A stretch of DNA of 64,000 nucleotides. Origin: Candidatus Nomurabacteria bacterium RIFCSPLOWO2_01_FULL_41_18 (GTDB lineage: Bacteria > Patescibacteriota > Minisyncoccia > Phycocordibacterales > UBA9973). The stretch lies in the NCBI GenBank assembly GCA_001785865.1, contig MFUZ01000006.1, positions 242,315 through 306,314 on the forward strand, given 5' to 3'. The notes under the pieces are model-generated. The model was not told where the DNA came from. It ran no database searches and saw only the letters and a program-made list of their open reading frames with translations. The position numbers were made by a program, and so were the translations under genes. Numbering within the stretch: the first letter of the stretch is position 1; each line of letters starts with the position of its first letter. This document shows, one piece after another, positions 52,301-61,396 of this stretch.

Positions 52301-52599
52301 TTAAAAAAATAAAAGCAAACCAAGAAAACAGTAGAGAAAATAATTTAGGTAATGGTATGCAAGTAACTATCGCCGGAATAATAGAAACGGTAAGACAAGT
52401 AGTTACCAAAAATAATGAAAGGATGGCATTTCTTAAAATAGCCGATTTGACTGATTCAATTGAAGCTGTGTGCTTCCCTTCTATATTCAAAGAATCTATT
52501 GATATTTTGGTGCCTGAGAAATGTATTGCCATTTCTGGTAAAATATCTTTGCGTAACGGCGAAAAGAGCATTATAATAGAAGCAGTGAAAGAGGTCTAG
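49327..52599 (+). CDS. dnaE: DNA polymerase III subunit alpha
   Basis: PHP domain FIHLHTHSHYSLLDG, polymerase core, OB-fold C-terminus; 1090 aa. Confidence 0.9.
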   Translation: MYNQKMEKEENREVKFIHLHTHSHYSLLDGLSKIEDLVQLAKEAGMPAMAITDHGNMYGAIEFYKLAKKEGIKPIVGVEAYMTAGNRKDRTTEAGGTKRYYHLTLLAKNLEGYKNLIKLVTIANLEGYYYKPRMDKEILRKHSSGIIALSGCLGGELSQTVMKGDEKKADELVQEYQDIFGKENYFIEIQCHPSVENDKSVRENLIKLARKHNIMIVGTQDSHYPCSDDHDAHHTLLQINTQGDVKDGAKFEFSDDDFSFIDTKKALEVFKDIPEAVENTMKIADMCNLELELGKWVFPDFKIEGGKTADQKMRELVYAGFKNLRIEQTKPTLERVEYELKVIFDKGYSPYFLVVGDLMHYAKEHGILTTIRGSVAGSMATYLLGITNVNPIDYKIPFERFLNPFRPSAPDIDMDFADNRRDEMIEYVKNKYGEDKVAQIGTFGTMMARGAVRDVARALGYPYTIGDRLSKMIPMGSQGMPMTIEYAMEIVPELKQAYKTEKDTKKIIDLAKKLEGCVRHISVHAAGVVISPLPLIEYVPLQYDPKGENKIITQYDMYSIEEAGLLKFDFLGIRNLSILADAVSLVKRFYNIDIDIENIPLDDKKTFELLASGQTEGLFQLNGSGMTRYLKELKPTSIHDINAMVALYRPGPMDSIPEYIKRKHNPKLIKYLDPRMKKYLGDSYGLIVYQDDLLLSAIELAGYNWEEADKFRKAVGKKIPKEMAAQREKLTKGIIANGQTPAFAENLWKLFEPFQAYGFGKAHAASYGKVAYQTAYMKANYPVEYMASILTAESGDVEKIAEIINECKNMNIPVLPPHINESYGGFTCLPSEAHTQISDKNKSIKIRFGFYTIKNLGTDIADSIIRERKENGKFESITNFLDRIKHKNLNKKSLEALIKSGCMDEWGDRGVMIANVEAMLLYNHEINKQNQNQVSLFGGTNSIKAPEFKLQNAKESTQAEKLLWEKELLGLYISGHPLDRIRAKLESKDINIKKIKANQENSRENNLGNGMQVTIAGIIETVRQVVTKNNERMAFLKIADLTDSIEAVCFPSIFKESIDILVPEKCIAISGKISLRNGEKSIIIEAVKEV

Positions 52600-52623
52600 A
52601 TTTTATTAATTAATTTAAAAAAA

Positions 52624-52809
52624 ATGAAATCAGAACAATTAGATTTAGTTAATTTAGTTAAAAGAACAGATAAAGAATTAGAAACAAGTATTTCTAAGAA
52701 AAGAGAAGAACATGGTTTAGATGCTGAATTAGATGCCGAAGAAAAAGCACTGATAGTCAGACAAATGCACGAAGAACAAGACGATAGAAATAAAACCTAC
52801 TTAAACTAA
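52624..52809 (+). CDS. hypothetical small acidic protein (61 aa)
   Basis: Short ORF between convergent dnaE and pth; weak support. Confidence 0.3.
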   Translation: MKSEQLDLVNLVKRTDKELETSISKKREEHGLDAELDAEEKALIVRQMHEEQDDRNKTYLN

Positions 52810-53345
52810 TTATACAAACTCATTGCCTTTTCTTTGCCTTCAGTAAAAATAGTTTCTACTGCCTCGGCTACAGTTTTGCTGAGTTTTTTGATTATTTCTA
52901 GTTCTGATTTTTTGAATTCTCCAAGAAGAAAATTCAAGACTGCTTTCTCCCCTTTTGGTTTTTTCACCACACCTTTAGGAGTGGCTGATGAAATGCCAAC
53001 TCTAATACGCAAAAATTCTTCGCTTTTTAGTGCTTTGATTACAGAACCCAAACCATTGTGCCCACCCGAAGAACGATTAAAAGAAATTTTTATTTTTCCA
53101 AGTGGCAAATCAATATCGTCATAAATTACCACCAGATCTTTCAAATCTTTTTTACTTTTTATCAAAGGTGCTACGGCTTTGCCAGAATTATTCATAAAAT
53201 TGTCTGGCATGAGAAATTTAATCTTGCTTTTGTCTTTTTTGCCTTCAAATTTTTTCTCTAAAATACCAACCATAATCCTTCCGGTATTATGTCTTGTGTT
53301 TTCGTATTCAGTTCCAGGATTTCCTAAGCCAACAACCAATTTCAT
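52806..53345 (-). CDS. pth: peptidyl-tRNA hydrolase
   Basis: LVVGLGNPGTEYENTRHNTG, FNRSSGGHNGL motifs. Confidence 0.85.
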   Translation of the reverse strand: MKLVVGLGNPGTEYENTRHNTGRIMVGILEKKFEGKKDKSKIKFLMPDNFMNNSGKAVAPLIKSKKDLKDLVVIYDDIDLPLGKIKISFNRSSGGHNGLGSVIKALKSEEFLRIRVGISSATPKGVVKKPKGEKAVLNFLLGEFKKSELEIIKKLSKTVAEAVETIFTEGKEKAMSLYN

Positions 53346-53437
53346 GCCTTTATATTAACACAAATATATTGTGTAATTTATTATTACACAATAAACTAGA
53401 CAATGCTGTCAAGAATATTTTGTGTTATATTATCTGC

Positions 53438-54025
53438 ATGGAAAATGAAACACAGGAAATCCGGGAAGTACCCCAATCCGCCAAACAGTCATTTTGGGAT
53501 CTCGTACGTTTTGCCGTAATTGCAATGCTCATAGTAGTTCCCGTCCGCCTCTTCTTGGTAGAACCGTTCATTGTCTCAGGTAGTTCTATGATTCCGACTT
53601 TTGAAAATGGAAATTATCTGATCATAGACAAGATCTCCTATAGGATAAGCGACCCGAAAAGAGACGACGTCGTAGTCTTTCGTTACCCAAAGGACCCAAA
53701 TAAATTTTTCATTAAGAGGATCATCGGCCTTCCGAATGAAACGATAGAGATTAAAGGAAGTGTCGTGACAATAAAGAATGACGAACACAAGGACGGATTC
53801 GTACTCGAGGAACCTTTTGTAAAAAACACCGCCAACAACAATCTGGTCGTCGAATTAAAAGACGACGAGTTTTTTGTGATGGGCGACAATAGAAGCGGAA
53901 GTTCGGATTCTAGATATTGGGGAGCGGTGAAAAAAGAGCTCCTTACCGGAAAAGCGTTCCTCCGATTATTGCCGATCAAGAAGTTAAGTTTACTGCCGGG
54001 CAGCTACCGACAAACGGATGAGTAG
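53438..54025 (+). CDS. lepB: signal peptidase I
   Basis: Catalytic GSSMIPT (Ser) and KRIIGLPNE (Lys) boxes, GDNRSGSSDSRYWG box E. Confidence 0.8.
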   Translation: MENETQEIREVPQSAKQSFWDLVRFAVIAMLIVVPVRLFLVEPFIVSGSSMIPTFENGNYLIIDKISYRISDPKRDDVVVFRYPKDPNKFFIKRIIGLPNETIEIKGSVVTIKNDEHKDGFVLEEPFVKNTANNNLVVELKDDEFFVMGDNRSGSSDSRYWGAVKKELLTGKAFLRLLPIKKLSLLPGSYRQTDE

Positions 54026-54035
54026 TAAATAAAAA

Positions 54036-54067
54036 CCATGACCCATTCGAAAGACTCAGGGTCATGG
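54036..54067 (+). terminator. hairpin CCATGACCC-loop-GGGTCATGG downstream of lepB
   Basis: 9-bp perfect stem after lepB stop; weak T-tract. Confidence 0.4.
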
Positions 54068-54083
54068 TGAATAAAATTGAACC

Positions 54084-55382
54084 ATGAAGAAAAATATAAA
54101 AAATAAAAATCAAGAAGTTGCTTCGCCAAAGGGAATGAGGGATCTGATGAATGAGGAATACTATTCTTTCCAGGGCTTCTTTGAAAAAGCCCAAGAAGTG
54201 GCGGTATATTACGGATTCAAGCCGATCGACACCCCGATCTTGGAGCATGAAGAAATATTTACTTCTGGCGTGGGCGTTGGCACGGATATCATAGATAAAG
54301 AGATGTATACTCTGAAAACCAAGGGTGGCGATCATCTGGCGCTTCGCCCCGAACATACGGCTCCTTTGGTGCGCGCTTATATTGAGCACGGCATGCAGAC
54401 CCTCCCCCAACCAGTAATGCTCTACCAGTACGGCCCGGTATTCCGGCATGACAAGCCTCAGCGAGGACGATATAGGCAATTTTGGCAATTCGATCTGGAC
54501 TCGCTTGGAAACGACAAGAGCATCATGGATGCGCTCGTCATCAAAGCCGGCATGAGCATCTTGGAGGATGCCGGGGCGACGGATCTTTCTATCGATATAA
54601 ATTCGATCGGCGACAAGGAATGCCGGAATGGATACATCAAAGAACTCACCAGCTATTATCGAAAACACATCAACGAGCTCGCACCGATAGACCGCGAACG
54701 CCTGAAAACAAATCCGCTTAGAATTTTAGATTCAAAAGAAGAAAAGACAAAAGGGGTCAACGACCAAGCCCCAGATTCCATATCTTTTCTCTGCCCTTCC
54801 TGTAAAAAACACTTTAGAGAAGTATTGGAATATCTGGAAGAGATGAACATCCAGTACAACTTAAACAAAAATTTAGTGCGCGGACTTTCCTATTACACCC
54901 GCACCGTTTTTGAGATCATAGAAAAAGAAGGCGGAGAAGGCGGCACACCGCTTACCTTGGCTGGTGGCGGACGCTACGACTACCTTGCCCGCCAGATAGG
55001 ATCCAAGAAGGATGTGTCTGCTGTGGGTATCTCGATCGGCGTGGATAGGATCATCGCATCGCCCTGGTATAAAAAGCTGACGCCTCGCATAATGAAAAAA
55101 ACTAAAATTTATTTCATCCAGCTAGGCTCCGAAGCCAAGCTAAAAAGCTTGAATATAATTGAGATCTTGCGTAAAGCCCATATCCCCATCACCCAATCTC
55201 TTTCCAAGGACAGCCTGGGTTCTCAACTCGCGATCGCTGAAAAGTTGAATATCCCCTACGCGCTCATCTTCGGAGTAAAAGAGGCACTCGACAACTCGGT
55301 AATAGTGCGGGATATGTCGAGCAGATCTCAGGACACGGTAAAATTAGATAAGCTCCTCGAATACTTAAAAGAAATAAAATAA
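54084..55382 (+). CDS. hisS: histidine--tRNA ligase
   Basis: Class II motifs, YQYGPVFRHDKPQRGRYRQFWQFD, GGGRYD, anticodon-binding domain. Confidence 0.9.
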   Translation: MKKNIKNKNQEVASPKGMRDLMNEEYYSFQGFFEKAQEVAVYYGFKPIDTPILEHEEIFTSGVGVGTDIIDKEMYTLKTKGGDHLALRPEHTAPLVRAYIEHGMQTLPQPVMLYQYGPVFRHDKPQRGRYRQFWQFDLDSLGNDKSIMDALVIKAGMSILEDAGATDLSIDINSIGDKECRNGYIKELTSYYRKHINELAPIDRERLKTNPLRILDSKEEKTKGVNDQAPDSISFLCPSCKKHFREVLEYLEEMNIQYNLNKNLVRGLSYYTRTVFEIIEKEGGEGGTPLTLAGGGRYDYLARQIGSKKDVSAVGISIGVDRIIASPWYKKLTPRIMKKTKIYFIQLGSEAKLKSLNIIEILRKAHIPITQSLSKDSLGSQLAIAEKLNIPYALIFGVKEALDNSVIVRDMSSRSQDTVKLDKLLEYLKEIK

Positions 55383-55389
55383 GAGGGTC

Positions 55390-55962
55390 ATGAAAAAAAT
55401 TCTGCAAAAAGACGAAAAAGTTTTGCGCCAAATAGCAAAAGAGGTTCCTTTGGCCGACATTCATACTACTAAAATTAAAAAAGTGCTGACAGAAATGAAG
55501 GAAGCCTTGGACAGCCAAGGCGACGGCGTAGCGATCGCGGCTCCCCAGATCGGGTATGCGCTTCGAATATTTGTTGTCTCCGGAAAAATATTCTCGAAAG
55601 ATTTTCCTAAAACTAGAGAAGAAAGATATTCCGATCATGCGCCCAAAAAAGAAACTAAGGAAGAAGAAAAGGAGATCAAAAAAGAGATCGAAAATCTTGT
55701 TTTTATCAACCCAAAAATTTCTAAGCTTTCGCGCGAAAAACACTGGTTATCTGAAGGCTGTCTTTCTGTCCGCCCAATATATGGGAAAACATACAGATCC
55801 ACAAAAGCTAGCGTATCCGCATATGATGAAAACGGAAAGAAGTTTAAGAGAGGCGGAGCAGGCCTCTTGGCTCAGATCTTCCAGCATGAGACGGATCATT
55901 TAAACGGCATACTTTTTATAGACCACGCCAAAGATTTAAAAGCGGAAGAATTACCGAAATAA
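55390..55962 (+). CDS. def: peptide deformylase
   Basis: GVAIAAPQIG, EGCLSV, QHETDHLNG motifs (with lineage-specific insertion). Confidence 0.85.
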   Translation: MKKILQKDEKVLRQIAKEVPLADIHTTKIKKVLTEMKEALDSQGDGVAIAAPQIGYALRIFVVSGKIFSKDFPKTREERYSDHAPKKETKEEEKEIKKEIENLVFINPKISKLSREKHWLSEGCLSVRPIYGKTYRSTKASVSAYDENGKKFKRGGAGLLAQIFQHETDHLNGILFIDHAKDLKAEELPK

Positions 55963-55999
55963 ATTAGATGCTGGGTCATAGCTTTTAGCTAATAGAATT

Positions 56000-56857
56000 A
56001 TGGATAAATTAAGCTTTGTATTTTGGGGAACACCCGATGTAGCCTCTGAGACACTTGAAACCTTAAAGCAAGCTAGATTTTTACCGTCTTTGATTGTTAC
56101 ATCTCCAGATGCAAAAAAAGGGAGAGGCATGCATATGGAAGCATCCCCCGTAGCCATTTTTGCAGAACAAAATAAAATACCTTGTCTTAAACCCGAAAAA
56201 CTTGACGAAGAATTTTGTAATAAACTAAAGCCTAGCTGTCTAAAGCCTAATTGCCTATTTATTGTGGTTGCTTACGGCAAAATAATACCTGAAAATATTA
56301 TAAATATGCCGAAATTGGGCTCTATCAATATACATTATTCACTTCTCCCAAAATATCGTGGAGCTTCTCCTGTAGAATCTGCGATCTTAAACGGAGATAC
56401 GGAAACAGGAGTGACTATACAAAAAATGGTATATAAATTGGATGCAGGAAACATATTAGCGCAAGAAAAGGTGCAAATATCGCCTGATGAAACAGCTCCA
56501 GAATTAAGAAAAAAATTAATTAAAATAGGTGGAGAACTTTTGGTAAAAACTTTAGGAACCCCCTCCTTCCTCCCCCTTATCAAGGGGGAGGTGCCGAAAG
56601 TGGTAGGGATCGAGCAAGATGAATCTCAAGCCACATTTTGCAAAAAAATTAAAAAAGAAGACGGACTGATAGATTTAAATGCCGATGCAGTTACAAACTA
56701 TAATAAATGGAGAGCCTATGTCTTTTGGCCAAGAACTTTCTTTTTTGTAAATGGAAAGAGAATAATAGTTACTGACGCAAAGCTTATAGATGGAAAGTTT
56801 GTGATTAAAAAAATCATTCCAGAAAACGGAAAAGAAATGAATTACAAAGTTACGTAA
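56000..56857 (+). CDS. fmt: methionyl-tRNA formyltransferase
   Basis: N-terminal formyltransferase (NIHYSLLPKYRGASPVESAILNGD) and C-terminal domain; small GC hairpin insert at 56569-56591. Confidence 0.85.
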   Translation: MDKLSFVFWGTPDVASETLETLKQARFLPSLIVTSPDAKKGRGMHMEASPVAIFAEQNKIPCLKPEKLDEEFCNKLKPSCLKPNCLFIVVAYGKIIPENIINMPKLGSINIHYSLLPKYRGASPVESAILNGDTETGVTIQKMVYKLDAGNILAQEKVQISPDETAPELRKKLIKIGGELLVKTLGTPSFLPLIKGEVPKVVGIEQDESQATFCKKIKKEDGLIDLNADAVTNYNKWRAYVFWPRTFFFVNGKRIIVTDAKLIDGKFVIKKIIPENGKEMNYKVT

Positions 56858-56882
56858 TGTATTACGTAATACATTACGTAAC
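56849..56882. repeat. 34-bp perfect palindrome GTTACGTAATGTATTACGTAATACATTACGTAAC (copy 2) overlapping fmt and hpf stop codons
   Basis: Identical 32-bp core to copy at 10107-10138; same convergent-gene context. Confidence 0.7.
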
Positions 56883-57281
56883 TTAATACTTCGAAGTAAA
56901 AGGATTTCGTTTTGAGAGACCCTTCATCATCTTTTTGACACTGCGGGCTCCGCGATACAAGAGCGTCTGACTGCGATCTTTGTTTTTATTTATTTCGTAG
57001 TAGAGAGTGTCTTTAATGGCATCTATCGCCTGATATAAATCTTCCTTATCAGAGCTAGAATAAAATTCTTTGCCGTCTATCTTGATCAGACAATCTGCAT
57101 GGAAAACCTCGCCTGATTTATGATGATTTGTGGACTTGCCTACTTCGAAATTTACCATCACCTTTCCTCCCCCTTCTTTTATCCTGGTAAGAAGCTTTTC
57201 CAAGTTGGTAACCCTCTTCAAAACATAGTCTTTTATAGCTTCAGTTAATTCAATATTTTTACCCTGTAAATTGATTTGCAT
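56883..57281 (-). CDS. hpf: ribosome hibernation promoting factor (HPF/RaiA/YfiA family)
   Basis: MQINLQGKNIELTEAIKDYV... typical RaiA fold signature. Confidence 0.8.
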   Translation of the reverse strand: MQINLQGKNIELTEAIKDYVLKRVTNLEKLLTRIKEGGGKVMVNFEVGKSTNHHKSGEVFHADCLIKIDGKEFYSSSDKEDLYQAIDAIKDTLYYEINKNKDRSQTLLYRGARSVKKMMKGLSKRNPFTSKY

Positions 57282-57311
57282 ACTTGTATTATATCATATA
57301 TACTTGATACC

Positions 57312-57779
57312 ATGTCAATTGAAGAAAATATACCATTACAAAATTTACGACCACCTCAAGAGTCAACCGCGCCAAAGCAAGAGAAAGGAGAAAAGTTGAA
57401 AATAAAAGTTCTTTTGCTTGATGATGATGAAGCAATGAGAATGCTTAGTGCTCTAGTACTAAAAGATATGGGTTGTTCTGTAGAAGAATTCGAAGATGGA
57501 AACAAACTTATTGAAAAATTTAAACAGGCAAAACCTAATGAATATGGTCTTCTAATCAGTGATAAAGATATGCCTAAAAGCATAGACGGTGTAGAAGTAC
57601 TTACAGCCATACATTCCATAGATAGTAAATTGCCTCTGATCTTATATACCGGTGGCCTCATTTCTTCTCAACTAGAAGAAGCTGTCGGCCATTTGGGTGG
57701 TGTATGTCTACAAAAACCTTTCAAGATAGAACAATTACAAGAAAAAGTAGGGCAAGCACTTTCTAAAACTCGAGGCTAA
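57312..57779 (+). CDS. single-domain response regulator (CheY-like receiver)
   Basis: LLLDDDEAMRML...DKDMP...ILYTGG receiver pattern; start at ATG 57312 preferred. Confidence 0.6.
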   Translation: MSIEENIPLQNLRPPQESTAPKQEKGEKLKIKVLLLDDDEAMRMLSALVLKDMGCSVEEFEDGNKLIEKFKQAKPNEYGLLISDKDMPKSIDGVEVLTAIHSIDSKLPLILYTGGLISSQLEEAVGHLGGVCLQKPFKIEQLQEKVGQALSKTRG

Positions 57780-57790
57780 TTTATACTAAT

Positions 57791-60022
57791 CTACTCCTGA
57801 TTGATTTCCATTATCAATCTAGCTAGTAGATAAGCTATGGTCGATTCCGCACCCTGATTTAGATTTACTCCCTCTTCCTGAACTCCGTCATAAGTGCCTC
57901 CTGTCGAATGCGTATAGACCATCTGTTTGGACAGATTATTTCCGAAAAACCAGTCAAAAGCAAGCATCATTTTTTGGCGATAGATAGGATCATCCTCCAC
58001 CAATATCATCTTGTGAAGCGCGAGAATGAGAGCAGAGACTTCTTCCGGCTGCTGGTCATAGCGCTCTTTTTTCCCGTCTTTCTTAAACCAGCCACCTTGC
58101 CCGACTGGTACACAAATATCTCCTTCAAAGGACTGCTCAATCAAGAAATCAAGCGAAGCTTTGGCTACTTTGAAATATTTCGGATTCCCAGAAACGGAAT
58201 AGGCCGCAAGCAGTGCATCGGGCAAAATTCCGTTCGAATATGCGAGGATCTTTTCAAACCATTTCCATTTATCGTCGCTTGTCTCTTCAAACATATCAAC
58301 CAGAAAATCCGCATAAAATTCTATATGCTTGCGAGCCTCGTCAGTGTTCTCATGATGAGATAGATTTTCCACGAAAGCTTTGATGTAAAAGGCTGCCGCC
58401 CTGGGAGAGATGACCTTCTTATGCAATTTGAACTGTTTTTGGAAAAGAGTCGAAGCGTGTTTCTTGACACTTCCAATCTTGGTATTGGTCGATGCCACCG
58501 ACAAGGCCCAGAGGGCGCGAGCATTGGAATCTTCCAAATTTTCATTTTGATTGAGTTCATTGTGCGGATTCCTGTCGGTATTGAAATAGTTTACAAACCC
58601 TCCAGTATCGATAGAAGAACGTTCAATGAATTTGAGAAAAATATTTATGAGCGACTCCGCCTCCTCTGAGGGATACAGGTCGTTGTACCAAGAGAGAGCA
58701 ACCAACGCGCGGGCATTGTCATCCAGAGTATATCCCCATTTCGGATCGGGATTGCTCAATAAGGCAAATTGGAAGATCCCAAAGTTATCGGTCATCTTCT
58801 TGATGTGGGCAATGTTGACGGGAAGCATGAATTTATTTTTCTCCGTTGCCCTCGACAAAAATGGAGAAAATATATTCATATAAGAAAGAGCGACATTCGG
58901 CCAAGTCATATTTCTGGTATAAAGATATGCGGATTTCCCCATGTTCTCTAATATTTTTTTGTTTTCAAGCAGTTTCAAAACCTCGAGTTCAATGCTTTTA
59001 GAATCACTGAACGGAACCAGCCTGCCGACCTCCTTGGTAACGATTTCTTTAGCCTGCATGAAGGCAGTGGAAATCACCGCCCTGCCTGCGCCAAGTGCAT
59101 AGGTCAATGTGCCTGAAACTGCTTGATCAGGATTTTGTGAAAGCGCCAAATATATGTCAGTGGCCTGTAAATAGAGCAGAAGATCATTTCGAGACAGGTA
59201 CTTGTTGACAAATACCACATTTTTTTCCACTCCAAGATTTTTAGCCTGAGCTATGAGCTTGTTCCTGTAAATTTCTCCTTCTCTCCGGAGCACGACTGGG
59301 TGAGTCTGCCCCAAAACTAAATATATCGTGTTGGGATATTTTTCTAAAATTCCTGGCAGAGCCGCAATGGCGTACTCTATTCCCTTTCCGCTACTTAGAA
59401 GCCCGAAGGTGGCTAAAATAGTTTTGTTCTCAAGTTTCAACTCTTTTTGGGCAGGCAAAGTATCCACATACTGCTGGGGATGAATCCCATGCGGAGTGAC
59501 TTTTATTTTCTCCGCCTTAGCTCCGTAAATTTCAATCAGGAGCTTTTTAGACAGCTCGGTCATGACGATCTGCAGATCAGAATGACGGATTATCTTTTCC
59601 ATCACCGATTTCATTCCGCTCTCGGGGCGCGGCAACACGGTATGAAAAGTCACCGCCGACGGCTTTTCTAATTTCTCCAAAAAAAGAGCGATGTTATTGC
59701 CGTAATTTTCGCCGAAAATTCCGAACTCATGCTGAATAGACACCATTTTGACCTCGGGCATAGCATTCAGCTTATCCGCTACAGAAATATAATCCACCTT
59801 ATTGTTCTCCTCAATTTGAAAAATTACCTTTGGAGAATAAAGAGGTGCGGTGACTGGCCCCACATCCATCGCGACAACTTTGGATTCTACTTTCTCTAGA
59901 AAAAGCTCATCCGAATAGCTGATCAAGTCCGCGCTGAAGTTCGCAATCCCACACTCGCGCGGAGGATAGGTCGTCACATAGACGACACACCCTATGTCCT
60001 TCTCTTTGGTGAGAGTAGTCAT
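57791..60022 (-). CDS. bifunctional-architecture protein: N-terminal GT4/GT1-type glycosyltransferase fused to C-terminal six-hairpin (alpha/alpha)6 glycosidase-like domain
   Basis: GT-B C-terminal Rossmann motif (GTLTYALGAGRAVISTAF) followed by ~330-aa domain with GGF/W-rich toroid-like pattern. Confidence 0.55.
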   Translation of the reverse strand: MTTLTKEKDIGCVVYVTTYPPRECGIANFSADLISYSDELFLEKVESKVVAMDVGPVTAPLYSPKVIFQIEENNKVDYISVADKLNAMPEVKMVSIQHEFGIFGENYGNNIALFLEKLEKPSAVTFHTVLPRPESGMKSVMEKIIRHSDLQIVMTELSKKLLIEIYGAKAEKIKVTPHGIHPQQYVDTLPAQKELKLENKTILATFGLLSSGKGIEYAIAALPGILEKYPNTIYLVLGQTHPVVLRREGEIYRNKLIAQAKNLGVEKNVVFVNKYLSRNDLLLYLQATDIYLALSQNPDQAVSGTLTYALGAGRAVISTAFMQAKEIVTKEVGRLVPFSDSKSIELEVLKLLENKKILENMGKSAYLYTRNMTWPNVALSYMNIFSPFLSRATEKNKFMLPVNIAHIKKMTDNFGIFQFALLSNPDPKWGYTLDDNARALVALSWYNDLYPSEEAESLINIFLKFIERSSIDTGGFVNYFNTDRNPHNELNQNENLEDSNARALWALSVASTNTKIGSVKKHASTLFQKQFKLHKKVISPRAAAFYIKAFVENLSHHENTDEARKHIEFYADFLVDMFEETSDDKWKWFEKILAYSNGILPDALLAAYSVSGNPKYFKVAKASLDFLIEQSFEGDICVPVGQGGWFKKDGKKERYDQQPEEVSALILALHKMILVEDDPIYRQKMMLAFDWFFGNNLSKQMVYTHSTGGTYDGVQEEGVNLNQGAESTIAYLLARLIMEINQE

Positions 60023-61047
60023 GATGTTATGTTTGCTTGTTTTAATTCAGCCAAAAGTTGCGACAAGGGTCCGGTAGCCAAGCAGACATAGCGATCAGAA
60101 GCGCCATAATAGACAAAAAGCTTGTCTCCTTCGACAAATCCGCCCGTGGGGAAAACGATGCTGGAAATTTTCTCTTTTTCATAAGGCATTTCCGGGGCGA
60201 GAATATGATGCGGCAATTTCCCGATCAGACGAGTCGGATCATCGAGGTCAAACAAAGCCACGCGAGCGGAATAATAAAAAGAATCCTTTGTCTCGGTAAA
60301 TACCACATGATGATAGATGACGAGCCAACCCTCTTTCGTCTCGATCGGTGGCAAGCCCGGACCTATTTTCGAATCTCCATGGTTAGATGATTGTAAAAGC
60401 ACCTGGTGATCCTTCCACACCAAGAGATCATCAGACCAGGCGATCCAGATGCTCGGGTTCGCTGGCACGATATCGAGTTCGCATGGCCAGGACAGTGGCT
60501 GCCCGGTCGCTTTCAAGTGATCGCACCAAGACTTGTGCCAATGGTTCGGACGATGCAACATACAGTATCTTCCATTTATTTTCCTCGGAAATAGAACGAT
60601 GTCCTTGTTGTCCGAATTTTTCACCGAAATTATTCCCAGATTTTCAAAAGAAGTAAAATCTCGCGTTTTGAGCAAGGCCGTCGATGTCTCGATGTGATCG
60701 GCAAGTCTACCGTCAGACATCACCGGTTTCTCCAGCGCCACATAAGTGATATAAAAGTCACCCTCTATCTTAGTGATGCGCGGATCTTCTGTGCCCCACA
60801 TGTCAAATGATTCTTTGGGGCCGAATATTGGCTTATCTGAAACACGCTTAAATGTCACCCCATCTTCGCTCGTCGCTAAGCCTAGATGGGAAACATACGA
60901 TTCAGTCTCCCCCACGGCGCGATAAAGCATTACTACTCCACGCTCGGTACGAGCTATGCCAGGATTGAATACTCCTTCTTTTTCCCAATTCAGATTGTCA
61001 TTTGGCTCCAAAATAGGGCCACCTTCATATCTTGTTAGTGAATACAT
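60019..61047 (-). CDS. glycoside hydrolase family 130 protein (mannoside phosphorylase-like, DUF377)
   Basis: EGGPILEP...GVFNPGIARTERGVVMLYRA... beta-propeller GH130 signature. Confidence 0.7.
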   Translation of the reverse strand: MYSLTRYEGGPILEPNDNLNWEKEGVFNPGIARTERGVVMLYRAVGETESYVSHLGLATSEDGVTFKRVSDKPIFGPKESFDMWGTEDPRITKIEGDFYITYVALEKPVMSDGRLADHIETSTALLKTRDFTSFENLGIISVKNSDNKDIVLFPRKINGRYCMLHRPNHWHKSWCDHLKATGQPLSWPCELDIVPANPSIWIAWSDDLLVWKDHQVLLQSSNHGDSKIGPGLPPIETKEGWLVIYHHVVFTETKDSFYYSARVALFDLDDPTRLIGKLPHHILAPEMPYEKEKISSIVFPTGGFVEGDKLFVYYGASDRYVCLATGPLSQLLAELKQANITS

Positions 61048-61049
61048 GA

Positions 61050-61394
61050 TTAGATCCTCCCATAATTATCTTCCAGTCTGATAATATCATTTTCATCAAA
61101 AGTTCCGCCATAAGATACTTCTAAAATCAAGACAGCGTCCCTTGTGGCTTCGATCCGATGCGCTACAGTCTTCGGAATTGTAAATTCATCGCCAGGCTTA
61201 GCATTAATCTTATTGCCACCGATAGTGAGAACCGGGTGTCCGGAAATGACCCGCCAAAATTCATCGCGGTGGTTATGATACTGCAGGCTTAAAGAATTCT
61301 CTGGGTTAATAGAAAGAATCTTGACCGTAGTCGCTTCGTCGTGTGTAAATTGATCAAACTGCCCCCATGGTTTTTTTACTATAAGTGTTTGCAT
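61050..61394 (-). CDS. cupin-domain protein (mannose-6-phosphate isomerase type II-like cupin)
   Basis: LQYHNHRDEFWRVISGHP...GDEFTIPKTVAHRIEA cupin motifs. Confidence 0.5.
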   Translation of the reverse strand: MQTLIVKKPWGQFDQFTHDEATTVKILSINPENSLSLQYHNHRDEFWRVISGHPVLTIGGNKINAKPGDEFTIPKTVAHRIEATRDAVLILEVSYGGTFDENDIIRLEDNYGRI

Positions 61395-61396
61395 GT

